DNA from: Methanocella sp.
Lineage (GTDB): Archaea; Thermoproteota; Bathyarchaeia; Bathyarchaeales; Bathycorpusculaceae
Reading direction: 5' to 3'
Assembly (NCBI GenBank): GCA_050261115.1
Contig: JBLNCY010000057.1
Span: 10,999-74,998 of the forward strand
DNA: 64,000 nt
Shown: positions 36,777-46,323 of the stretch, one piece after another
Layout: each line of letters starts with the position of its first letter
How positions within the stretch are numbered: the first letter of the stretch is position 1
Notes under the pieces: model-generated
What the model saw: only the letters and a program-made list of their open reading frames with translations
What the model was told of the DNA's origin: nothing
Databases searched by the model: none
Translations under genes and position numbers: made by a program

Positions 36777-37859
36777 TTAGCCGAGTAGTTTTGCAAGGCT
36801 CGGAACTTTCTTTAACACAAACACAATCCCCGCAGATAGGGTAAACACGATTACCGCAAAAATGGGCACATCAATCAGGACTATGTCGGTTATCGAGTTC
36901 ACCCAGAAACCAAACACTCCATTGGAAACCAACGTGACTAGTATTATCATGTGTATTAGGTAGATGGGGAGCGTGTTTTGGCTTACCCACTGTATGATTC
37001 CACCGAGGATTTTGCGGTTGCCCAGGCTGTTGAAGTCTAGCGAGATTAACGCAAAAAACAGAGCGGCGCTTGCCAGTATGATGGTGGGGCTGACGTAGCT
37101 ATGGAAGAACCCCGTGTACTGCTCACCCAAGATACTCGTAAGCAGCCAGCTACTTGCGACGGTTCCCAGCAAGCCGCCTAGCATTAGAAGGAGCGCTCTG
37201 AGTTTTGGCATGCTGGTTTGCAGCAGATATAGGCCTAAGAGATAGTAACCGACCCAGTCTATGAGAATAAATGGGTAGGGATAATAGTTGAGTTGGGGCA
37301 AAAACACATGGATGGCAGGCGTTAGGGTGGTGCCGGCGAACCATATAATCAGCAGGTACAGGTAGAGTTTGCGGTCTAAATGCCTAACCAGCACACGGAG
37401 CACAGGAGTTAAAGCATACAGCCCCATGAGCAGGTAGAGGTACCAGAGGTGAGTGTATGCACCGCTTGCAAGTCCCTGCACCATACTCATGAGCGTGAGG
37501 GGCTGTCCCAGCACCCCAAAAGTCCATGCAAAGTAGATTACTGTCCAAAAGATGAAGGGCAACCCAATACGGTCTAGCCGCTTCTTGTAGAATACCTTAA
37601 GCGGCTCCTCTTCTCGATTGGGGTCAAGCAGCAGCACACCGGTTAACATGACAAATAGGGGGACCCCTAAAAGCCCTGCAGCGGCATAGGTGGTGGTTGA
37701 TAGCCAATTAACAACATCCATACCTGTAACTGCGGGGTTCAAGAAGCGGTAAGGAAACCCAGAGCTATGAAGCAGGATAACCATGAAAATAGCGATGAAG
37801 CGGATTACATCAATGGTATAGTTAGCGGCAACTGGTTTCTCCCCCAGACTTCCCACCAC
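36777..37859 (-). CDS. Acyltransferase family 3 membrane protein
   Basis: D..RFIAIFMVILLH, VPLF.M..G.LLL, HLWYLY..GLY, TL.IYL.H. Confidence 0.9.
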   Translation of the reverse strand: MVGSLGEKPVAANYTIDVIRFIAIFMVILLHSSGFPYRFLNPAVTGMDVVNWLSTTTYAAAGLLGVPLFVMLTGVLLLDPNREEEPLKVFYKKRLDRIGLPFIFWTVIYFAWTFGVLGQPLTLMSMVQGLASGAYTHLWYLYLLMGLYALTPVLRVLVRHLDRKLYLYLLIIWFAGTTLTPAIHVFLPQLNYYPYPFILIDWVGYYLLGLYLLQTSMPKLRALLLMLGGLLGTVASSWLLTSILGEQYTGFFHSYVSPTIILASAALFFALISLDFNSLGNRKILGGIIQWVSQNTLPIYLIHMIILVTLVSNGVFGFWVNSITDIVLIDVPIFAVIVFTLSAGIVFVLKKVPSLAKLLG

Positions 37860-37924
37860 AGCACCCCTGCCATGCTAACCCATCTATGAATAAGCTGCTA
37901 AATAAAATTAATCAAAAGGGTAAC

Positions 37925-40198
37925 CTAGACTTTACCTGATAGTACCTTCTTTAGTTCAATCCAAAATGTCGCCAAAAACGACACCCCAACCACCAGCACC
38001 CAATCCGAAGCACCCAAACTCGTGATTTGGAGGGCAGCCTGAGTAGCGGACAGAGAGGTACCAACAGCTAACAAGAAAACCGCCAGCAAACCCCATAGCA
38101 GCATAATCCTGTTTGTTAGGATGCCATGTTTGAACAGCGGAGTGTTTCCGGTTCGGAGGTTTAGCGCCAAAAAGACCTGGCTAAACAGCAAAGTGGCGAA
38201 AGCGACGGTTCGGGCATGGGTTATTTCGGCAGTTGAGTAGTAGGTGAATAGGTAGGTGGCGGTGACGGCTAGAGTTAGGCTTAATGCGCCTATCAAGAGC
38301 GACCGAAGCATGCGTTCATCCATGAAGGTTGCGTAAGGCGCCTGCGGCTTGTTCATTGCGCCTCTCTCCTGAGGTTCCCCAACAAAGAGTACAGATGCAA
38401 CTAAATCCACAAACAACACAAGCACCAAGACCTGGATGGGCGCAAACGGCAAAGGAACACCCAACAAGACCGGAACCATAAAAGTCAGTGCCAAAGCGGC
38501 TTTACTGGCAAGGTAAAACCGGATGCCCTTACGAATGTTACCGTTGAACCTTCGGCACTCACTTATTGCGTTTTCGATGGCGGCCAAATTATCATCCACT
38601 AAAACTATGTCTGCAGCTTCCCTAACATCAGCCCCATTGGTGCCCATAGCGATGCCAATGTGCGCTTTTTTAAGTGCGGGTACGTCGTCTATGTCGGTGC
38701 CGGTTACTGCAACGGTCTCGCCCGTTGCTCTTAGAAGCTGAATTATGCGCAGCTTATCCCCCGGAGCAATGTTAGCGAAAACAGGGGTAATCTTGAGGGC
38801 TTCTTTTAGGACTTCATCGGGCATGGTTGCCATTTCCTCGGCACTCAAGACATGGGTATTAGGGATTCCGATTTGACCTGCAAGGGTTTTGGCGGTTTGG
38901 GGGTGCTCGCCGGTAATCAATAGGATGCGTATGCCCGCTTTTTGGCAGTTGCGGATGGCGCTTGGTACCCCTAGGCGGGGAGGGTCTATGAAGCCGATGA
39001 TGCCGACAAACACAATCTCCCTTTCAGCCTCATCGACCGACTCGTCTGGGTGTAGTCGGCGGTAGCCGAATGCTAAAAGACGCTCGCCCGCATGTGCCAT
39101 CCGTGCCGCCGCCCTAGAGGCTTCCGCCCGTAGCTCGTCGGTTAGGGGTGTTTCTTGGCCTTCTAGGAGTATGCGGTTTGATGTTGCCAGTAGCTTTTCG
39201 GGTTCGCCGCTCGTTAAGGCAACAGTTGAGTTGCCGTACTGGTAAATGTATGTGACTAGTTTTTGTTTATTGTCTAAGCGTAGTTCGTCTTTGAGAATCC
39301 AGTTGCTTGTTACTGCAGTCTTGTCTATGCCCACCTGTTTGAGCCGCTCCAAAATGGCCTTAGCCATCGAGTTAGAGAGTTGGTTGTCGGGGGTGTCACT
39401 TGCTAAAAACCCTGTGCGTAGGGCGGATTTCTCGTTCTCCCCAAACTCCCTCGAAGCATGTATGGTACCGTCAAAGTAGAGGTGCTCAACACGCAGCTTG
39501 TCCTCTGTTAAAATGCCTGCTATGTCGGTGGCGATGATGCTTACATTGCCCAAGTTTTCTGCTGCATTCATCCGCTTTACGATGGCGCCTTTGCATGACA
39601 ATGCCAAGCTACCTATCCCAAGAGCCGTAGCGATGATTAGCGGTAGCTCTCTAGGAACAAAGGCAAACGCTAAAGCAAGACCATAAAGCACTGCACCGGC
39701 GGGGTAATCTTGAAGTCCCGGTAAGCCTCGAATGTAACCTAGCAGGGGAATCAGTATAGCAAGGAATACTGCCATCCAAACCAGGGTTCTTGGCAGATGC
39801 TTCATAGCGATAGGTTCTCGGAGCTGCTCGCTCCTTAGAATTGTTGACGTTTGTGGTACCAGCCGATGCAGAGCCGAGATGGCCCGGTTAGTGCGGTACT
39901 CATTCCAGACGTTAACCAGCACCAAAAGAACAAACACCATTGCGACTGTAGCTATGGCAGTTAATCCGTCACCAGTAACTATGCCCAAAGCACTGTAGAG
40001 CACGCCTATAAAGAGCAGCAGAAGAGTCATGGGCTCAGTGGTTTTCTTCTTAAGAATGTCTAAGAGGCGGATTTTGGGTTCCTGAACCACCGTGTTCTTG
40101 CCATACTTACATGCCTCTTGCTCTGTACCCCTTTGGGTGTCTGAGCCTAAAGCTGCAGCACCATCTTCGGAGTGTTGGGTGTATGGCGGAGGATTCAT
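37925..40198 (-). CDS. Degenerate P2-type P-type ATPase (actuator domain missing, catalytic motifs substituted)
   Basis: P-type TM, N and P domain architecture, but DIAGILT for DKTGTLT, no TGES region, GTDIDD for GDGxND. Confidence 0.85.
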   Translation of the reverse strand: MNPPPYTQHSEDGAAALGSDTQRGTEQEACKYGKNTVVQEPKIRLLDILKKKTTEPMTLLLLFIGVLYSALGIVTGDGLTAIATVAMVFVLLVLVNVWNEYRTNRAISALHRLVPQTSTILRSEQLREPIAMKHLPRTLVWMAVFLAILIPLLGYIRGLPGLQDYPAGAVLYGLALAFAFVPRELPLIIATALGIGSLALSCKGAIVKRMNAAENLGNVSIIATDIAGILTEDKLRVEHLYFDGTIHASREFGENEKSALRTGFLASDTPDNQLSNSMAKAILERLKQVGIDKTAVTSNWILKDELRLDNKQKLVTYIYQYGNSTVALTSGEPEKLLATSNRILLEGQETPLTDELRAEASRAAARMAHAGERLLAFGYRRLHPDESVDEAEREIVFVGIIGFIDPPRLGVPSAIRNCQKAGIRILLITGEHPQTAKTLAGQIGIPNTHVLSAEEMATMPDEVLKEALKITPVFANIAPGDKLRIIQLLRATGETVAVTGTDIDDVPALKKAHIGIAMGTNGADVREAADIVLVDDNLAAIENAISECRRFNGNIRKGIRFYLASKAALALTFMVPVLLGVPLPFAPIQVLVLVLFVDLVASVLFVGEPQERGAMNKPQAPYATFMDERMLRSLLIGALSLTLAVTATYLFTYYSTAEITHARTVAFATLLFSQVFLALNLRTGNTPLFKHGILTNRIMLLWGLLAVFLLAVGTSLSATQAALQITSLGASDWVLVVGVSFLATFWIELKKVLSGKV

Positions 40199-40448
40199 CA
40201 GGCAGTCCCTAAATTAGTATAAGTCGTGTGCTAGTTGCGGGCTAAACACGCCCTAAAAGGTTTGCAACAGTAATCAATAGAATCCTGCTGGCAGCTGTTT
40301 TTAGTTTTTATCCGTTCATGTTTATTTGCCTGCTTTTCTTTTGACAGAAAGGTGCTAAATGAACCGCTACCACAGTTTTAGTATAAGAACAGCAACGATA
40401 CATCTGGTAGTGTTTAGGTAGGTTCTGCAGGGTGGTTTCCAAACCAGA

Positions 40449-40505
40449 GTTCAACCTGTGGTTGGTTCTATATATAAGGGAGGGGGTCCCTCGGCAAAGC
40501 AACAG
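40449..40505 (+). repeat. Dispersed intergenic element, copy D (full form)
   Basis: GTTCAACCTGTGGTTGGTTCTATATATAAGGGAGGGGGTCCCTCGGCAAAGCAACAG. Confidence 0.9.
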
Positions 40506-40685
40506 CAAAAATGCATAAGAACATAGACAGCATCTGGCGAGTGCCCGATAGAGGAGCGGCATAGTAGGGAGAACTGCTGCTACACCCTATACGTTTATGG
40601 GGATGTATATGCCTGAAAGGTGTTGTATTATGCGCATAAGCCTTATATTTTCAAAATCAACCTTCTCTGACTGAAGGACAAACGT

Positions 40686-41762
40686 ATGCATAAAAAACTC
40701 TTGATTCCCGGTCCAACAGAAGTAAGTAAAGAAGTACTCAGTGAACAAAACCAATATTTAATCGGGCACAGAGAAAAAGAGTTCTCAACATTATACGGCG
40801 GAATCACCGATAAAATCGCCAAATTCTTCCAGTTACCCGCCGATTACAAACCCACCGTTACCACAGGCTCCGGAACGCTATGGTTTGACATAATCGGCCG
40901 AAGCATAGTAAAAGAAAAAGCACTCGCATGCGTCAACGGCGCCTTTAGCCAACGCTGCGCACAAACCCTCATCTCATGCGGCAAACAAACCGACATACTA
41001 GAAGTAGAAATGGGCAAAGCAATCAAACCCGAGATGGTCGCCGAGAAACTCGCCACCGGCAAATACGACACCTTAACTGTTTGCCACAACGAAACCAGCA
41101 CGGGTGTAAGAAGTCCAATCGCCGAAATCGGCAAAATGGTCAAAAAAGAATATCCCGGCATAATCTTTGCCGTGGACGCGGTCTCGTCTATGGCAGGCGA
41201 CAAAACGCTGCCCAATGAACTCAACTGCGACATCGTGTTTGGCAGCACACAGAAATGCTTCGCACTACCCCCCGGCTTAGCAGTAGCGCTAGTCTCTGAT
41301 CGCGCAATCGAACGCGCTAAAACCGTTCCTAACCGAGGCGCCTACACCGATCTAGTTGACATGTTCGAGTTCGAAAAGAAACATCAAACACCCTTCACGC
41401 CAAACGTTAGCTTACTCTATGCACTCAACAAACGCATGGACCTTCTACTGGAGGAAACCTACGATAAAGTCTACCAGCGCCACCTCGACATGGCGCAGTA
41501 TACTCAGGCGTGGGCAAAGAAGCACTTCAGCATGTTCCCCGAGGCAGGATATGAATCCATCACTGTTAGCTGCATAAACAGCAACGGCAAAGACGTTAAC
41601 GCAATGAGCAAAAGGCTTGCTGAGGAAAAGGGCTACTTGATTTCTGCGGGTTACGGTAAACTTAAGGATAAAACCTTCCGCATCGGCCACATGGGCGAAT
41701 GGAACCTAGACGGCATCAAAGACGTACTTGCTAGTATAGATGAGATTTGGGGATTGAAGTGA
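40686..41762 (+). CDS. Class V PLP aminotransferase (SerC/serine-pyruvate type)
   Basis: LIPGPT, HNETSTGV, VDAVSS, STQKCFALPPG, FRIGHMG. Confidence 0.92.
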   Translation: MHKKLLIPGPTEVSKEVLSEQNQYLIGHREKEFSTLYGGITDKIAKFFQLPADYKPTVTTGSGTLWFDIIGRSIVKEKALACVNGAFSQRCAQTLISCGKQTDILEVEMGKAIKPEMVAEKLATGKYDTLTVCHNETSTGVRSPIAEIGKMVKKEYPGIIFAVDAVSSMAGDKTLPNELNCDIVFGSTQKCFALPPGLAVALVSDRAIERAKTVPNRGAYTDLVDMFEFEKKHQTPFTPNVSLLYALNKRMDLLLEETYDKVYQRHLDMAQYTQAWAKKHFSMFPEAGYESITVSCINSNGKDVNAMSKRLAEEKGYLISAGYGKLKDKTFRIGHMGEWNLDGIKDVLASIDEIWGLK

Positions 41763-42661
41763 CCGTAAAAATCCTTGTTAGCGACAGAATCGCTGACGAA
41801 GGCATAAAGATTCTTAGAGAACAAGGCTATGAGGTCACGGAGGGTTGGGATATTCCTAAACCTGACCTTCCCAAAATCATCGGAGAATACGACGTTTTAA
41901 TTGTCCGCAGCGCAACCAAAGTTAGAGGCGAGCTTTTAGAGAACGCAAAAAAGCTCCGAGTTATCGGCCGAGCAGGCGAAGGCTTAGACAACATCGACTA
42001 TGAGCGAGCCAAACAGTTAGGCATCACAATAGTCAATACTCCGCATATTTCATACATTAGCGTCTCAGAACTAACCATCGGTCACATGATTGCACTTGCA
42101 CGCAACATCGTTCAGGGCACAACCTCTCTACGGGAGGGCAAATGGGAAAAAGAAAAACTCATGGGTACCGAACTCAACGGCAAGATGCTGGGTGTCATCG
42201 GCTGCGGCTACATCGGCAAAGACGTCGAACGCTTGGCGCTGGCGTTAGGCATGAAGGTTATTGCAGTTGAGGAATGTGTCTATGATCGGTTTGTGCCCCT
42301 TGCAGACATGTTGCCGCAGGCAGACTTCATAACCATCCATGTCCCCTTAACGCCCAAAACGCGTCATCTGCTTTCCGCCAAGGAATTCCAGTTGATGAAG
42401 CAGGGAGTACGCATAATCGACTGTAGCCGCGGAGGCGTCATTGATCAAGATGCGCTCTATGAAGCGTTGGTTAGCGGCAAAGTTGCAGGTGCAGCGCTTG
42501 ATGTCTTTGAGGAGGAGCCGCCTAAGAATAACAAGCTGCTCACGCTCCCAAACGTGATTGCTACGCCGCATATGGGTGCTCAAACTCATGAGGCGCAACA
42601 TCGGGCAAGCATACAAATAGCCAATAACGTTATAGATGCGCTTGAAAAACTGAAGCTGTGA
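41759..42661 (+). CDS. serA: D-3-phosphoglycerate dehydrogenase
   Basis: VRSATKV, RAGEGLDNID, G.IG.G.IG, H.PLT..T, RGG.ID, LDVFE.EP, TPH.GA.T.EAQ. Confidence 0.9.
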   Translation: MTVKILVSDRIADEGIKILREQGYEVTEGWDIPKPDLPKIIGEYDVLIVRSATKVRGELLENAKKLRVIGRAGEGLDNIDYERAKQLGITIVNTPHISYISVSELTIGHMIALARNIVQGTTSLREGKWEKEKLMGTELNGKMLGVIGCGYIGKDVERLALALGMKVIAVEECVYDRFVPLADMLPQADFITIHVPLTPKTRHLLSAKEFQLMKQGVRIIDCSRGGVIDQDALYEALVSGKVAGAALDVFEEEPPKNNKLLTLPNVIATPHMGAQTHEAQHRASIQIANNVIDALEKLKL

Positions 42662-42673
42662 GTTGACATCTGA

Positions 42674-43951
42674 TTGGTTGATATTCGCCCTTTCAAAGCC
42701 ATAACTTACACACCAAAAGCTGGCCCCGCCGAGGACCTCATAACCCAACCCTACGACAAAATAGATGCCGAAATGCAGAAACAGTACTATGAGCGCTCGC
42801 CCTACAATTTTTGTCGCTTGATTTTGCCAGTGGAGCAAGATAAGTACAACGTGGCTAACCAGAGGATAAACCTGTGGCTAAAGGAGGGCGTTATGGCCAA
42901 AGAAGCCCAGCCCGCGTTCTTCATTTCCCGCCAAGAATTCACCCTAAACGGTAAACGCATAGCTCGAACCGGCATCATAGCCGCCGTTAAACTTCACCCT
43001 TACAGTGAGAATGTGGTTTTTCCGCATGAAGCGACCTTTAAGGCGCCCAAAGCAGACCGCTTAAATATGCTTCGGACGGTGCAAAAAGACCTTGAGCCTG
43101 TCTTTTTGATGTATCAGGATCCAGAGGAGAAAACTATCACTTACATGGCGGAGGTCGCAAAGTCTGCGCCTGTGATTGAAGCCACGGACTCGTTAGGCGT
43201 TAAGCACACGGTTTGGAAGATATCCGATCCTGCAAAGGTTGAAGAACTGCGGGCACTGCTTGCACCCAAGGTTGTGGTCATAAATGATGGTCACCACCGC
43301 TATGAAAGCGCGATTCTATACCGTGATGAGATGCGGGCTAGGGGCAACTGGAGTGAGGATCAAGCTTTCAATTATTATATGTGCTATTTGGTTCCAGTTC
43401 AAGAGAAGGGGCTGGTGGTGCTTCCGACTCATCGGTTACTTAAGCAGCATAAGCTTACCCCCGACGTAATGGATGGGCTGAAATGCTTCTTTGACGTGGT
43501 GTCGCTTGAGCCAAGCATCGGTGCTTTGGAGGCTTTTTTGGCCAGCCATGTTGGGGAACATGCCTTTTGCGTCTATGACGGCAAGAAAGCTTGCGGTTTA
43601 ATCCTCAAACATGACGATGCAGTCTACGAGTACGTGGAAAAAACGGTGTCTAAGGAGACCAAAGTTTTCGACGTGGTTATCCTTCGCGACATCGTGTTTA
43701 AGCAGGTGCTAAAAACCGGTCAATTAACCATAGATGACACCATACTGTATGAGCGCTTGACTAAAGACGCAATTACTAAAGTGGATCGCGGTGAAGCCAG
43801 TATCGCTTTTTTGGTGAACCCGATTAAGGCAGAGACGGTTGCTGAAGTTGCGGTGCAGCATGAGGTTTTGCCTGAGAAGAGCACCGACTTTTATCCTAAA
43901 CTGGTTTCGGGTTTAGTGCTGATGGATATTTCTCCTTCAGAAAAACTCTAA
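42674..43951 (+). CDS. DUF1015 family protein
   Basis: IRPFKA..Y, QPYD.I, PHE.T...K.DR, I.DGHHRYE, PEKSTDFYPKL..GL. Confidence 0.93.
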   Translation: MVDIRPFKAITYTPKAGPAEDLITQPYDKIDAEMQKQYYERSPYNFCRLILPVEQDKYNVANQRINLWLKEGVMAKEAQPAFFISRQEFTLNGKRIARTGIIAAVKLHPYSENVVFPHEATFKAPKADRLNMLRTVQKDLEPVFLMYQDPEEKTITYMAEVAKSAPVIEATDSLGVKHTVWKISDPAKVEELRALLAPKVVVINDGHHRYESAILYRDEMRARGNWSEDQAFNYYMCYLVPVQEKGLVVLPTHRLLKQHKLTPDVMDGLKCFFDVVSLEPSIGALEAFLASHVGEHAFCVYDGKKACGLILKHDDAVYEYVEKTVSKETKVFDVVILRDIVFKQVLKTGQLTIDDTILYERLTKDAITKVDRGEASIAFLVNPIKAETVAEVAVQHEVLPEKSTDFYPKLVSGLVLMDISPSEKL

Positions 43952-44045
43952 CTCCCCTTTTGGGGGTTTGTTGGGCGGCGAGTTAGCTAAGGCTGGTTGG
44001 AGAGTCTAAGCAACAGGTAGCCCTTCCTCGTTTGGTTGAGGATGG

Positions 44046-44192
44046 TTACTTTATGAATTTGGTGGGTTGACGCTTAAACCGTTTCTTGCAGACTAAGCTG
44101 CAGAAATGGTAGGTGTCTCCTTCGTAGGAAATTTTAAACTTGGCAGTGTTCTCGTCGAGCACTGCGCCACAGACTGGGTCTCTCATTGACAT
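44046..44192 (-). CDS. 48-aa YHS/TRASH-domain protein
   Basis: Hand translation MSMRDPVCGAVLDENTAKFKISYEGDTYHFCSLVCKKRFKRQPTKFIK; DPVCG...Y.FCS..C...F...P. Confidence 0.9.
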   Translation of the reverse strand: MSMRDPVCGAVLDENTAKFKISYEGDTYHFCSLVCKKRFKRQPTKFIK

Positions 44193-44450
44193 TTGGGGTA
44201 CTAAAGCCTCACTGAATCATTTATGTCCATGCTTTTATGGTTAGTGGTGGCTTTAACTGGAATCTTCAATTTTATGGTTGCCTTTTTTGGGAAAAGCGCT
44301 GAAATTTGAGGCGATTTAACTGTTTTCAGCGTTTGCTTATTGCTTCTGTACAAGTGGTCGTGATTTGTTTATTTGCCCTTCAAAGAAGATGGGTCTTTCC
44401 AAGCCCAATTTCTAACTAAAAATAAGGAAGGGAGCTGATTTGGCGTAGGT

Positions 44451-44783
44451 TTATCTGAATTTACCTTCAATAAGTACTTTAAAGAGGTAAATGGCAGCTG
44501 GCAGGTTAATCGCGACCCGAATGGCGTTTAGCCAAACCTGATAGTAAATGATTATGCCTACGCTGGTGCTTAGCGTATAAACTAGGGTGAAAATGACAAA
44601 CGCTATGCCCCATTTTTTGCCTGAAAGCACAGCTGGAACCGTGAGTGTCCAAAGCGCGATTTCTATGTAGTTATTTAGGTCCTCCACATCGCCGCTTAAT
44701 AGTATCATGGCCATCAGTAGGATGTTGATTACTGCCCATGCAGCTAATGCATACTTTGTGATTGAGTGGCTTGATGCTTCCAT
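44451..44783 (-). CDS. Small membrane protein
   Basis: 110 aa, four hydrophobic segments. Confidence 0.65.
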   Translation of the reverse strand: MEASSHSITKYALAAWAVINILLMAMILLSGDVEDLNNYIEIALWTLTVPAVLSGKKWGIAFVIFTLVYTLSTSVGIIIYYQVWLNAIRVAINLPAAIYLFKVLIEGKFR

Positions 44784-44883
44784 ATTACTTAGCCTCAGCT
44801 AACCATAGTTACAACTGTTTAATTACTTTTACAGTTAGTAAATTAATACTTACACCGTAAAAGTCACAGGGAAGAAAGCAAAG

Positions 44884-46230
44884 GTGAACCCCAAAACCAT
44901 ACAGCAACTAATAACCCAACATTACCCCCTGATCGCAATACTGATTGCTAGCTTCCTTGTCGCCGTCTCCATGGCAACCTACACTAACTGGGACGCCCAA
45001 CTAGAATACGAAGCAGCCACAAACATCACCAGTAGCGGCTACCCCATTATCTGGACAGGGCACCTGATTAACCAGCCGCCCCTTGGCTTCTACACCTCCG
45101 CTGGCTTCTTCCAGGTCTTCGGCCAATCCTACAGCAATGCGGTCTTGTTTACGACCCTCTGGGGTGTTGCCGACGTTGGGTTAGTCTATGTTCTGGGGGT
45201 TTTGCTTTATGGTAAACGGACAGGGTTGGTTGCGTCTGCGCTTTTTGGGTTAATTCCTTGGCATGTCTATATGTCTAGGATTTTTCTGATTGATAATCAG
45301 TCGATTTTTTGGAGTTTACTCTTTTTAGTCGTCGGGGTTTTGGCGGTTAGGCGCAATTCAGATAGACTTATGGGCGTTGCGGGTGGTGTGTTTGCTTTGG
45401 CGATGTTAACCAAGCTTTACTGTGTGTTTGCCCTGCCTCCGCTGCTACTCATTCAGTGGGTAGAAAAGAAACGCGGCGTCTTTATGCCTTCAAACAGAAA
45501 GCTCCTCGCATTCGCCCTACCCATAATAGTTACACAGGTCATCTGGTATGGGCACTCCGCGTTGACTCATCAGAACTTTTTAGGCGTATACTTCAACACA
45601 GACTTCGTATCCCCACCAATCACAGACCCCAACGTGTTTTTCCTTCCGATTGTTCTCTCCAAAACCGCAGGCTACTTCCTTTATGGCGCCGTCGCGGTTT
45701 CTGTCGCCTTCGCGTTTGTTTATCGCAGGCGGTTAGCGGATTTTCTGCGCATGGACCTTATTTGCCTTGCCGCCATTGGGGTTATTGCGTCATTGAGTTC
45801 GGTTATGGTGTTGGGTTTGCATTTGACGGTTCCTTATGTGAGCGTTTTTAAGTATACCTACATGGCGTTGCCGTTTTTCTGTTTGCTTGCCGCTTCACTT
45901 GCAGATAAAGGCGCGGCTGTTCTTGGCGGTGCAGAGTGGAAGTGGAGGGCGCATTGGAAAAAGGTTGCTTTAGTTGCGGTTGGTTTTGCACTAATAGTGG
46001 GTTCATTGGTTGAGAGTGTGGTGTTTCTAAACGGTTGGGTTACTTATGCTTCGTTTGGCATTGACTCGGTTGTGTATTACCCGCTTAACCTCTATATGGA
46101 TACTGCTTACCCGGGGCTGGTGACACAGATGCACTATGCAGCTTTAGGGTTGGTGTTGGCGACTTTTGGTTTAGTGTTCCTCTTAGATACAAGAAGGAAA
46201 AAGAGGCTGCCGCAGCTTAAGATGCCATAA
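44884..46230 (+). CDS. GT-C (GT39/ArnT/PMT-like) membrane glycosyltransferase
   Basis: WDAQLE, NQPPLGFY, G..A..LF...PWH..SR...D, A.LTK; polytopic. Confidence 0.85.
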   Translation: MNPKTIQQLITQHYPLIAILIASFLVAVSMATYTNWDAQLEYEAATNITSSGYPIIWTGHLINQPPLGFYTSAGFFQVFGQSYSNAVLFTTLWGVADVGLVYVLGVLLYGKRTGLVASALFGLIPWHVYMSRIFLIDNQSIFWSLLFLVVGVLAVRRNSDRLMGVAGGVFALAMLTKLYCVFALPPLLLIQWVEKKRGVFMPSNRKLLAFALPIIVTQVIWYGHSALTHQNFLGVYFNTDFVSPPITDPNVFFLPIVLSKTAGYFLYGAVAVSVAFAFVYRRRLADFLRMDLICLAAIGVIASLSSVMVLGLHLTVPYVSVFKYTYMALPFFCLLAASLADKGAAVLGGAEWKWRAHWKKVALVAVGFALIVGSLVESVVFLNGWVTYASFGIDSVVYYPLNLYMDTAYPGLVTQMHYAALGLVLATFGLVFLLDTRRKKRLPQLKMP

Positions 46231-46323
46231 TTGACCTTTGTTTGATGAAAGGTTGCGTCTTTATTAGGCTTGTTTTGTATTCCTCTATCTGTTCAGGCGA
46301 TAGTTTTGAGCAAGAACCAAAAA

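Noticed and set aside
40308-40562. 84-aa ORF across repeat copy D (likewise 55930-56166 and 55962-56144 across copy E)
   Set aside because: The apparent shared peptide comes from the repeat, whose copies differ by frame-breaking indels.
43952-44450. Possible RNA gene in the long gap after DUF1015
   Set aside because: No tRNA cloverleaf or box motifs recognised; the gap is partly explained by the YHS mini-gene.
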